Part shown: piece by piece, positions 22,401 to 29,581 of the stretch
Position numbering within the stretch: the stretch's first letter is position 1
Layout of the letters: each line of letters begins with the position of its first letter
Virus record (IMG/VR): IMGVR_UViG_3300037067_021792
Source: a virus
Taxonomy: Duplodnaviria > Caudoviricetes
Direction: 5' to 3' (one strand)
Length of the DNA stretch: 64,000 nucleotides
The notes under the pieces: generated by a model
Seen by the model: only the letters and a program-made list of their open reading frames with translations
Database searches by the model: none
What the model was told of the DNA's origin: nothing
Made by a program: the position numbers and the translations under genes

Positions 22401-25400
22401 TATTGACAAGAATGATATCATCCATGTTACATGGCAATCGAATCGCGATGGATACTGGGAAATATATTATGCAAATGGTTACGATTTGTTCAATCCTGTT
22501 CGAATTACAAAATCTGAAAGCAGATCGGCGTTTCCGTCGATAGACATTGATGATTCTGGTAATGTATTCATTGTATATCAAGACAATCGTTATGGCCCTT
22601 ACAACATATTGCTTTCATATAGAAGCAGCGAACGGGTTGTGCCTCTTTTGCAGCAAAATGCATATTTAGGGTCTGTTCGGTCGGGATACTCTCACTACAT
22701 AACCGTATTACCGATTCTTCTTACAAATTTATCTACTCCTGTTTCAACAATTGGTACAATGTGGGGGTCCAGAAGCACCGGATCTATGAGTATGTTGTTT
22801 GGCATATCTCCCGTAACCGGAGTTCTGGGATCAAATGGAGGAGATTCCAGCTACGATATCGTTGCTTTTGCAGGAAAACGATCGGGTGAATTTTATGGTA
22901 TTACTAGGGACGGAACCTTGTTGCTACTTGCCGATTCATATGAAGACCCGTATTTGGCACTTGATTTAACCACAATATCTGAAATAGGACAAATTGTATT
23001 ATCCCCTGATCAGGAAATTTTAGATGCAACTATTGACGAGATTGGTGGTTCCTTGTGGATGTTGATCCATGATTCTACAAATATTATTATTAAACAAGTA
23101 GATGTTTTGTCTGCGAGTGTTTTACGGGAAAGCGTAATATATTATGATGTAGATCGATTAATTGGAGGCATAACTTGCACATCTGATGGAAAATTTTATC
23201 TGTCTAGTTATAGGGACGGTATATCTAAGCTATCTATAAGTGAATATCCATTAATAGGTAATGACATTATAATATTCGATTTCATTGATACCGTTAACTT
23301 TTCTGTTAATATCAAATGTTTAATAACAGATTATAATGACATAGTTTACGGTGTTTCAGATTTACTGGGAATGTATATTGTCAATGAGCATGGCGAAACC
23401 TTGGTCAATTATATGAACAATACTGATGGAGACTTGGAATATATTATTGACAATAGAGATTCAGATAATACCAATGTTATTGGCAGTTGGAAAACTGGAT
23501 CTGCAGCACCCGGAAAATGGAGTATAGATTATAGATTTAAAGACACTATCGACAGACCTATTGGATTTTTCAGGTGGGTGCCGGATTTGCCATATCCGGG
23601 CAAATATAGAGTTTCAGCTTACTTTCCTGGAGGCGGCAATCGGCCTATTGACGCCCCGTTTACTATATATCACTCAGATGGGTCAGATACCATAAGAATG
23701 AATCAAAAACCAGCAACGCCAACATTAGTAGAGCCATGGAGATATTTAGGGTTTTATTCATTTGGTGATGAGTATGGTTCGGGTGGGTATGTTGAGTTAT
23801 CCAACGATACAGATCCAGCACTTGGCTGGAAAGCAGTAATTGCCGATGCCGTGAAGTTCACTCCTGAGATTAGAATCGGGTATCAATTCACCGGTCATAC
23901 GACGAGTGTTGGAAATAGTGGATTTTTTAATACAATTTTGGAATTCTATACAAATAAAAATCTTGTTGGCCAGCCCGACCTGGTGATAGATAGTAGGGTT
24001 CATCGGGAATCTTTCACGATAGAACAATTTCCAGATGATCCATACAAACCCAATGGAGATGGAATATATCTAAAATCTGGTCAATCTGGATATATGTTTT
24101 TTGATGCGTCAAATTATCGTCCCGATGCCAGTAATCTGTCTTACCCATATGTGTTTGTTAATAACCAATCGTATTTTGTAAAAGTAATTATGATAGACCA
24201 GGATGGAAACTCTTCTTACCCTGCTTATCAGAATTCCACGTTTTCTTGTACTAAATGCTCCGTGTATGCTAGTGGAAAATTTGATTTATCCGAGTGTTCG
24301 TATTCTTTTTTAGTTAACAACACCGGATCCGATACTAGATATTTTAATTTTAGAATAAACTTTTATTCTGACGAACTGAAATTGTCTATTGTAAAGTGTT
24401 TTTATTTATCTCCAGGGTCATCGGATATAGGTTACTGCGAGGTAGATAATACCACCGGAGCAAATGAATGGGGAGAGTTCGGTCTTGCGATTAGGTCTGG
24501 CGAATCAAAATTTATTCAAATATATCCATCTCTAGATCCTGCCGGAAAATTTATATGTGGTATAGAATATCCTGTTGATATTTTATTATGCTCATCATCT
24601 GGCTCAGAAGTGTGTTCTAATTTTGGTATTGATCTAGATGTGATAGAAACATATAGCAAATATTACTTTTGTGAATGCTCTAGTGCTATCTTTGATAACA
24701 GACTACTTCATATTAATGAATTAAATCGATGGCATTCTAGCGCCCATGGCTATTCCGACACAAGAATAACCGATACACCTAACAATAATTATCACCCTGT
24801 CATATCTACTAGGTCTAGCGGATCGGCAGTAGTTGTATTTGAAGACCGAAGTTCAATTTCTGAAATTAAAGCTGCCACCTTTAGCCCATCAGACAGTGAA
24901 GATGTGTTTGGGTCTGGAACTCGCGGATGGTTTGATTATAGCACTAACTCGATTGGAGAAAAACCTGCCCTATCAATAGATATGTTTGATAGAGCGAATG
25001 TGGCTTATGAATTTAATAACGCGATATTGCCATTGTCAACCGAATTGCCTAGAAGTGTTATTGATGTGAAAACATGCAAATTTAACGACTTGATTTCTTC
25101 TGGTGATACCTCTGAAAAATGTAACATATCGTCCTTTGAATCCAATGTTATAAGCAATGACCCGTTTATTAATGCAGAAATAGTTAAAAAAATAATAGTT
25201 GAATCTTCCGATGTAGATTATTTTACATACAATTCTTCAGGAGAAGCAGTTGCCGTTATCTCTAAACGTGATGTTGTATTACAAATTTGGGGGACACCGG
25301 AGATTGTGGCAGTTAGAGTCAAAAATGAAAATGAATTATCTTATGGGAATTGGTGTCCGGCATTACCAGAAATTAATTCTTATTTTATTGAAATACAACA

Positions 25401-26043
25401 TAAGTTAAGTCCCGGACCTGGAATTAAAGAAGTTTGTGTACAAGCAATGACATATAATGGCATTACATCGGAATTTTGTGTTCCTATTATCGCCGATTAT
25501 TGTGTGATAGATTTTGAGATAAAATTATATAGCGACAGCAGTTACTCTACTGCTTTGCCTAAATATGATGAATTATATGTTGCTTCTGCAATATCCGAGA
25601 AGGACTTGAAAACCAACTCAAAGTATATTTATATAGAAATAATACCTAGCATTGATACCGAAGAATCAAACGTTAATTACGATGTGATACAACAAGGGTC
25701 CAATGATCAGTATGGGCTGGAAGCCCTAAAAGTAGTTTCGGATGATGGAAAAACCGTATTTAGGGGTAAATTTTTAATATTCTCTGATGACGGGACCTTC
25801 AATAAGGATGGAATTGCAAGGATCCAAGCGAGCATACCAAGTAGTTGTGGAGTAAGATCAGTGTCAGAAGGAACTTTTATTAAAAATTCAATCAATACAG
25901 TATTGTCTGAGTCAAGTGTTGGACCGGATGAATTGTCGCAATATCGGCAGCCAATATCGGGACATATTGGCGTTGGTGTACAAATTAGACCGGATCAAGA
26001 CCCATACTTGATATTTGGTGACATTAATTATTATTTGAAGTAA
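16414..26043 (+). CDS. Giant multidomain putative virion protein (3209 aa), paralog of 6115-15636: three ~190-aa beta modules, eight GACC Cys repeats, VWA, beta-propellers, golvesin-C-like domain
   Basis: VWA motif FVVDYSIS...LIATD (~21148-21815). Blade HVTWQSNRDGYWEIYY. Golvesin/CBM-like IIDN...W.P.LP..GKYRV..Y...NR...APFTI.H..G......NQ....W..LG.Y.F...YVELSN....VIADAVKF (~23440-23862). C-terminus DPYLIFGDxNYY shared with the paralog. Confidence 0.85.
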   Translation: MIMENINCCLGPYAIYSPDFPGETGPVFVDTTKTRLISIIYHSGQCIVPPTVDAKVVHEKIINGYTARWYECPNDFGRIYTVIPTACDISISLFENGFNKIGECDASEYGVFTYCFGKSYILDTDLDKCTAEFIIDDHKFVVTGTPSNTDLFDCSNCWGNVQVFSGGGGSGSGQNALPDIPDTNVPNYPTQNVLAPTGDDTNQWNDDSIGSADLDDNSPMGCVKILEIQNNEKCDSLNNPAISSSPWGSIIVAHETRNSDGNTYISAKASPLLSNRQIIFYRYLSYGTLVNNEDQSTTNRIFEVYEDLVLGSNVPSKWPQIEDLEIGFITGPLKGESLYLIIDKSRVLDNLTGKYKWIFTFNSDGNKTIFSDSNNIYDIQWFLTAPSVSQMSINTADSVQLMSTCNWYKLSDYITPTSKIDEFLGNRIKVKGGYGNPVPAYYLNEIKMTMEFEDPSILIYWYVMKQVQTNPVNDNYFETIAEIITPSGLYGLAEYSSGQINVKLDASNTYAIGVAFDSGRGDTDNRVIVGSNNVSYMQDFGPFLLEGKFETSYIPPVNSNSSEFGQWDVSPTTGMAYNMEICLSESAPSIPETPGHNPDSEIFDCSTKTFRIASSDDGQEDNNLFAGNIITLKDWSDTFYLKEIRQKIEVQYPGQKLYFTVHQYDHASGFSCDQSQSATHTECNPLLYKEIIPSVFGSPYWYSSGTINVKLEPPASGSRRYIIGVSVRSPKVKFYKSKVKPEGGYSNIALRTFFGSVASNDYHIIGPVNRRSYIRTTSTYAFAQEFCLTKTQGGSLSSLPGSMDGHDGYIPFLPIDHIIYRTSSKTGSIFNKIRVGYPAELRGIRTIKEVIVKLNIPNATTIYFYLADSSGKILKSHPVTISEIGEQYCSSGEISWSVGSESSDIYYWVGVGYAYSSSGEIFSGICEETSSNVMWTPFGNLIGGGSSSNVPPYPVESTISIGSPALTRVYDITLRWADANGNLPLQGACCSSGGCQNLLSSECSSISGDWQGSTTNCYSFNCGSLVGACCLPDGTCVNNKTIVECENLNGIWQNGEDCGSVDCDIGACCFNNYSCLNLSSGGCSSQGGNFRGVGTSCASEECGTSACCLSDETCVDITKENCDSQSGVWRSGYTCSTTSCVQSFTGACCYNNGQCINSTEDDCLNVYQGSFQGIGISCEEIVCSKSGACCRPDSSCVFTSKTSCDQQSGRYFGDGVTCENSDCSEPHGACCFSDGTCNDIPLTNCINAGGIYWGDNTNCDDISVKCQVSTNVGACCYKDGSCWPSTENDCNESDGEFKGIGVSCDDANCNIRVLENDNVFDLPQTVFPAANPDIAVFNNNLMIDHSEISYITYQVYEDNQWNIYLRQFRRVLPDSTSPSYESPFVFSNPSYDLYPISDNINVIYDLVNLFTTDDNKWNAIFRVFLENGRQVLNCDGDINGNIELDSGQEVDSGSVWVEARYDMSICSINSAPKWSIGDRFTGGHPPVASTFGGSDTDGCTEINTYPNESRWCYQKSDCEQYGLYDSGVCPTPYISIIYNPSDMWTISTGNDLVTRVKYQMEIDTDPSTTRSSLVEPEVDFMFVVDYSISMSAKIQEIRSALPVLSQSLKQYGVNVKFGLCIFSGSNNLVPDSITCGGEIFDGLYGFNGIYGFTDNIQNISDAMSPSSWKTSDNSSAGYVAIQYALDDAHFLWRPDSGKFMLIATDTKPDEYANDCTYLNNYNSALNALSNKNCKIYIAACQSETDCIDDTSDYFDMGVASGWNSSSICPDSSHPTNCGYFYVGGPYYKVFDNIVNDIITSISKPKIVERDIPGYSATFIKPAEIIITYKNDLTDIWTYEKHKLSFIDSAPSLSGHLKGLSSMPYDIENGMIYGVDSVHLVGNTNNWVYFSGSGNVEYDYPNVGAPTRDQSNPRLIFENAKNPKIAVNNRGNVFIVCESMNSGVEHIVIKGTGDFAQQTVTGADLHRSTKFWKTSDFVFEHNITLPGEGVNQLCDLIIDKNDIIHVTWQSNRDGYWEIYYANGYDLFNPVRITKSESRSAFPSIDIDDSGNVFIVYQDNRYGPYNILLSYRSSERVVPLLQQNAYLGSVRSGYSHYITVLPILLTNLSTPVSTIGTMWGSRSTGSMSMLFGISPVTGVLGSNGGDSSYDIVAFAGKRSGEFYGITRDGTLLLLADSYEDPYLALDLTTISEIGQIVLSPDQEILDATIDEIGGSLWMLIHDSTNIIIKQVDVLSASVLRESVIYYDVDRLIGGITCTSDGKFYLSSYRDGISKLSISEYPLIGNDIIIFDFIDTVNFSVNIKCLITDYNDIVYGVSDLLGMYIVNEHGETLVNYMNNTDGDLEYIIDNRDSDNTNVIGSWKTGSAAPGKWSIDYRFKDTIDRPIGFFRWVPDLPYPGKYRVSAYFPGGGNRPIDAPFTIYHSDGSDTIRMNQKPATPTLVEPWRYLGFYSFGDEYGSGGYVELSNDTDPALGWKAVIADAVKFTPEIRIGYQFTGHTTSVGNSGFFNTILEFYTNKNLVGQPDLVIDSRVHRESFTIEQFPDDPYKPNGDGIYLKSGQSGYMFFDASNYRPDASNLSYPYVFVNNQSYFVKVIMIDQDGNSSYPAYQNSTFSCTKCSVYASGKFDLSECSYSFLVNNTGSDTRYFNFRINFYSDELKLSIVKCFYLSPGSSDIGYCEVDNTTGANEWGEFGLAIRSGESKFIQIYPSLDPAGKFICGIEYPVDILLCSSSGSEVCSNFGIDLDVIETYSKYYFCECSSAIFDNRLLHINELNRWHSSAHGYSDTRITDTPNNNYHPVISTRSSGSAVVVFEDRSSISEIKAATFSPSDSEDVFGSGTRGWFDYSTNSIGEKPALSIDMFDRANVAYEFNNAILPLSTELPRSVIDVKTCKFNDLISSGDTSEKCNISSFESNVISNDPFINAEIVKKIIVESSDVDYFTYNSSGEAVAVISKRDVVLQIWGTPEIVAVRVKNENELSYGNWCPALPEINSYFIEIQHKLSPGPGIKEVCVQAMTYNGITSEFCVPIIADYCVIDFEIKLYSDSSYSTALPKYDELYVASAISEKDLKTNSKYIYIEIIPSIDTEESNVNYDVIQQGSNDQYGLEALKVVSDDGKTVFRGKFLIFSDDGTFNKDGIARIQASIPSSCGVRSVSEGTFIKNSINTVLSESSVGPDELSQYRQPISGHIGVGVQIRPDQDPYLIFGDINYYLK
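19372..20340 (+). repeat. Eight tandem 6-Cys 'GACC' protein repeats (~38-45 aa each)
   Basis: GACCSSGGC, GACCLPDGTC, GACCFNNYSC, SACCLSDETC, GACCYNNGQC, GACCRPDSSC, GACCFSDGTC and GACCYKDGSC, each followed by C...G.(W/F/Y).G...C....C. Confidence 0.9.
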
Positions 26044-26057
26044 TTTTAGGAGAAAAT

Positions 26058-29030
26058 ATGACATTTCCAGCTCGAAGATTAGGGGGAACTTTTCCAGCAG
26101 CAGTACGTAATAGATTTTGCCCAATGTCTAGCCGGATGATTTCTGGTTATGCATTTACAGAGGGAAGTGGAACTACATTAACAAATTTGGGAGTCGGAAA
26201 CACATTAGGATCTTCATGGCCCAATATAGGAAATGGAGCAATAGTGGGCACTGAGGATTGGAAGGCTGACGCCGATGGGTCTCCTTACCTTACGATGGAC
26301 GGAGAGTACGCGCGCATTTTTCTGGCTTCCGGAGATACTACTCTAACTCGTGGAACTTTTGTAGCACGAATACAACCTATCACTAGTGGTTCTCTGTTGT
26401 GCAACCAACTTGCACTTGCTACTGCAAATCACTTTAGGGTTGGATACGCCGTTGCAACCGATGTGGCTACGGTAAACTTCATTCTCCGTAGCCCGGCCGG
26501 GGTTCTTTATACATCTCCAGGAGTGTCGTTCTCGATTGACGTTCCTCATTCAATCTTGGTTTCGTGGGGCGAAAGAGGTCTAGTTATATCAGTTGACAGA
26601 TATGATCCGAGTGATAGTCAATACACAGTGGTGGTGTCTACGAATACAGACCCGATTATTGTTCCAAATACAAAATATCTGGTTCTGCAAGCAAATGTAT
26701 CGGGAGCTAGTGGGTCCTGTGACTGGTATTCGTGCGCATTATTTGATGGGCAGCCCCAGTCTTCTCGCGAGTTTAATGATTTGTTATGTGACCCTGAACT
26801 ACCATTCAGGCCCTCGCCAACACGCACTACTCTATCACCAGTAGCTGCAGCCGACATGGGATGTGTTACAGAAACAACAGCTATAATATTGCAGAATACA
26901 GGCATTGGGATTGCAGGAGAACTACCTAGTGCATCTGTTGGAGTGAGAGCCTATGTATCTTCTGACCGATATAGTGTTATGGATGCCGCTCCGGTGTCGG
27001 CTTCTGTTAGTGCGACAACGGATGTGCAGCAGAGATTGGATATCAACTTAAGTGGGTTAACATCTGGAACCAGATACTGGTATCATAGAGAATGGACATC
27101 GGACGGATCGACCTGGCACCCATTTCCGACGGGATTCGGAACATTCCGGGCAAAACCCAGTGCGGGGGTAGAGTGTAGTTCTGCGGATTTCGCCGATGAC
27201 CACCTTGGAGGATTATCGGGATCGAATTCAGAAATATTTAATCCTGATAGTGGTGGTTACGTTCCAGAGATTGGTGGGTTTGATATTGAATTATTTGAGT
27301 CAATATCACCTCTATCTGTATCTCTTATCCCAATTTATCGGGCTTGGTTAGTATCTCGGGACATTTATAATGATCCTGTTCCAGTGGATTTAATGATTCT
27401 CTTCGGAGATCATTTCTATGTCAATAATACAGTGGTTGGTACTGGGGATTGGGATGCCCAAAGAGCCCACGATATTAGTGTTGTTAAAGATTGTTTTTAT
27501 TTGGCATCTCTGACTGGAATGATGGTCCATATTCCTGGAAATCACGACGCAGGACGGGGGGACTACGCAGACAAAGATGGAAGTGCAAAAACCAAGATTT
27601 CTACTTTATTATGGAAAACATATACAAACAATCCAACCGATGAAACTTATCCAGAGGGAGGGGAAAGCGAAGGGATTCCAACAATTACAAGCCAGCTCTC
27701 GTGGCAACACCCTATTAGCGTGGAACACGATGCGGATTGGAGAAGAACATATGAAATTGACGGAGGAGGAGATGAAGGAATAGAGCACGGAACTCCTTTG
27801 ATGAATTATTTTGCCTTTACATGGGGAGACTCTCTTCATGTAATAATTGATACTAATCGGTATTCTTTTATTGATGGTGCAACGGTTGGATCATTGGGCA
27901 TTCCTCAGAATACATGGTGTGTGGATACATTGTGGAATAGTTCCGCAAAATGGAAAAGACTTTTGGGACATTCTTTAATTTCCGGTGCTGTTACGTATCA
28001 ATGGGGAAGCGGAATTGACATTGGGCTGCTGAGCACCGAGGAAAGCAACCTTCATTTGGTATGCCAGGGAGTAGAACTTACTGAATTTGCATTTGGTCAC
28101 AATCACACATTCGGCTGGGTGATCAAGGATGGAGTTAATTATGTTTGTGTGCCCACTCCTACGAATTCTTCTTTCGTAGCAGGCACTGACCACCTGATGG
28201 AATTACAATTCGGAACCGCTCAGTCAGAAGGCTATACCCTTTATTTGGGTGCAGATGGGTCTGGGTTGTCTCGTGGGATTCAGAAGCGATTGCACCTGAT
28301 GGGATATCTTAAAACAACATGGAATATAAGTACATTTACCCATGTTTTTAGACTAACTTCCGGATCTCAGTATTCATCTGGGTCAGAACCATGTAGTGAT
28401 AGTCTGCTTTTCTCTGAACGATGGGCCGGAAAAGCTGGATTATCTTCATCCAGCCAAAGCACCGTATTAAGTGAGCGCCCTCAGAATATACTATTCGTTA
28501 TCCCTGAATCAGAACTAACAAGCCTGGGAAGTACTTGGTGGCAACATTCAAATCTTGTAAATGCCCCCGACGGTTCCCCTGCAGGGCATAATTATCGATT
28601 AGTAGATCCTCCTGGAGATTATGTAATGGAGGAGGACCACGCAGGATCTACTATTTCTTTGCACGCAAGCACTCCGGATGGAGATATCAGGGTATTTGCT
28701 ACGCCAATGAATATTTTCTCGGCCGAATTAACAAATGCGAAATTAGATCAGCCGTCATCATCGGAGTTTGAGCAACAAATTCCGGCATCCATAGTAAAAG
28801 GACAATTAATTGGGGCAATACATGTTGGTCTATATAATATGTTTGGAACATTACTAGATGATTTAACTGGGTATTACGGAACTATAGCACTACAAAAAAA
28901 TGGAAACACTGTCCCTGGACTATCTGGAACTCTGATCAAACCTTTTATAAATGGAATTGCAACTTTTGATGATTTGGTTATTAATTCAGTTGGTATATAT
29001 AGATTATTAGTTACAGTGTCTGGAGGATAG
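26058..29030 (+). CDS. LamG-like + FN3 + purple-acid-phosphatase/PhoD-like metallophosphoesterase + C-terminal Ig-like domain (990 aa)
   Basis: AGGAG RBS. Metal motifs FADDH, FGDHFY, PGNHD, LLGH and FGHNH are all present. FN3 segment LSGLTSGTRYWY...GTFRAKP precedes the catalytic domain. N-terminal YAFTEGSGTTL is typical of LamG. Confidence 0.85.
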   Translation: MTFPARRLGGTFPAAVRNRFCPMSSRMISGYAFTEGSGTTLTNLGVGNTLGSSWPNIGNGAIVGTEDWKADADGSPYLTMDGEYARIFLASGDTTLTRGTFVARIQPITSGSLLCNQLALATANHFRVGYAVATDVATVNFILRSPAGVLYTSPGVSFSIDVPHSILVSWGERGLVISVDRYDPSDSQYTVVVSTNTDPIIVPNTKYLVLQANVSGASGSCDWYSCALFDGQPQSSREFNDLLCDPELPFRPSPTRTTLSPVAAADMGCVTETTAIILQNTGIGIAGELPSASVGVRAYVSSDRYSVMDAAPVSASVSATTDVQQRLDINLSGLTSGTRYWYHREWTSDGSTWHPFPTGFGTFRAKPSAGVECSSADFADDHLGGLSGSNSEIFNPDSGGYVPEIGGFDIELFESISPLSVSLIPIYRAWLVSRDIYNDPVPVDLMILFGDHFYVNNTVVGTGDWDAQRAHDISVVKDCFYLASLTGMMVHIPGNHDAGRGDYADKDGSAKTKISTLLWKTYTNNPTDETYPEGGESEGIPTITSQLSWQHPISVEHDADWRRTYEIDGGGDEGIEHGTPLMNYFAFTWGDSLHVIIDTNRYSFIDGATVGSLGIPQNTWCVDTLWNSSAKWKRLLGHSLISGAVTYQWGSGIDIGLLSTEESNLHLVCQGVELTEFAFGHNHTFGWVIKDGVNYVCVPTPTNSSFVAGTDHLMELQFGTAQSEGYTLYLGADGSGLSRGIQKRLHLMGYLKTTWNISTFTHVFRLTSGSQYSSGSEPCSDSLLFSERWAGKAGLSSSSQSTVLSERPQNILFVIPESELTSLGSTWWQHSNLVNAPDGSPAGHNYRLVDPPGDYVMEEDHAGSTISLHASTPDGDIRVFATPMNIFSAELTNAKLDQPSSSEFEQQIPASIVKGQLIGAIHVGLYNMFGTLLDDLTGYYGTIALQKNGNTVPGLSGTLIKPFINGIATFDDLVINSVGIYRLLVTVSGG

Positions 29031-29240
29031 GTCAGCTACTCCAGTCTAACCCCTCGGAGCTTGTGAGTGATGGAACACAACGTAAGAGTTGACTAGACTA
29101 AGAAGAAAGGAGACTATTATTCTACGTTAAGAGAACTACAATCACCCTGGAACGCCACCCTAATTCCAGGCTCTGAGCTAGAACCATTTAGGGGTAGTAA
29201 CAGAGGTTCTTCATAGCGCACTTATCGTAAAGCTATGAAA
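29031..29240 (+). ncRNA. omegaRNA/HEARO-like structured RNA (5' portion; 3' scaffold appears deleted or divergent)
   Basis: Stems 29031-37/29087-93, 29146-52/29164-70 and 29210-17/29232-39; conserved-looking CTACGTT and CACC segments. Confidence 0.6.
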
Positions 29241-29328
29241 TTTTAGGTTTAAACTTATTTAAGTGTAAGGAGGAGTGGATAATTCATTTCTAGTCTAAAG
29301 ACTCAGAGTTTCCTTATCCACAAAAAAT
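29031..29328 (+). mobile_element. Non-autonomous IS200/IS605-superfamily (IscB/OMEGA-type) element carrying a truncated omegaRNA/HEARO-like RNA, with no ORF
   Basis: 5' end GTCAGCTACTCC...GGAGCTTG...AGTTGACTAGACTAAG...CTACGTT...CACCCTGGAACGCCACCCTAATTCCAGGCTCTG follows the omegaRNA/HEARO 5' scaffold pattern (GTCAGCT/AGTTGAC and CCTGGAA/TTCCAGG stems). The 3' end GTGGATAATTCATTTCTAGTCTAAAGACTCAGAGTTTCCTTATCCAC is the typical subterminal TAAA-loop hairpin. It is followed by ATGA, and there is no target-site duplication. Confidence 0.8.
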
Positions 29329-29580
29329 ATGATAATACAATGCACATCATCTGAGTTTAGTGTTATATCCAAAATAAAAGCTATTCTATTGGATAGAGAT
29401 GGAGACAAAATAACTGATTCTGATGGATACTACATTAGCTTATCGATTTTACAAATCGATGGATACTCTAGTCTATCCGGCGTGTCAAGCAAACCATTTA
29501 TAAATGGGGAGGCTGTTTTTGATGATATGTGTATTAACACCAATGGAACCCAAATTGATATAATAAACATCGAGGAATAG
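29329..29580 (+). CDS. Small Ig-like domain protein (83 aa), paralogous to the C-terminal domain of 26058-29030
   Basis: LSGVSSKPFINGEAVFDDMCIN versus LSGTLIKPFINGIATFDDLVIN in the upstream protein. Confidence 0.8.
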   Translation: MIIQCTSSEFSVISKIKAILLDRDGDKITDSDGYYISLSILQIDGYSSLSGVSSKPFINGEAVFDDMCINTNGTQIDIINIEE

Positions 29581-29581
29581 A

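Noticed and set aside
29022-29340. Genome-wide TAG reassignment (code 15), suggested by the in-frame GGA TAG ATG empty-site junction
   Set aside because: Multi-kb ORFs contain no in-frame TAG, and TAG ends genes at 29580, 34001 and 60646 with the next start out of frame; standard code fits.
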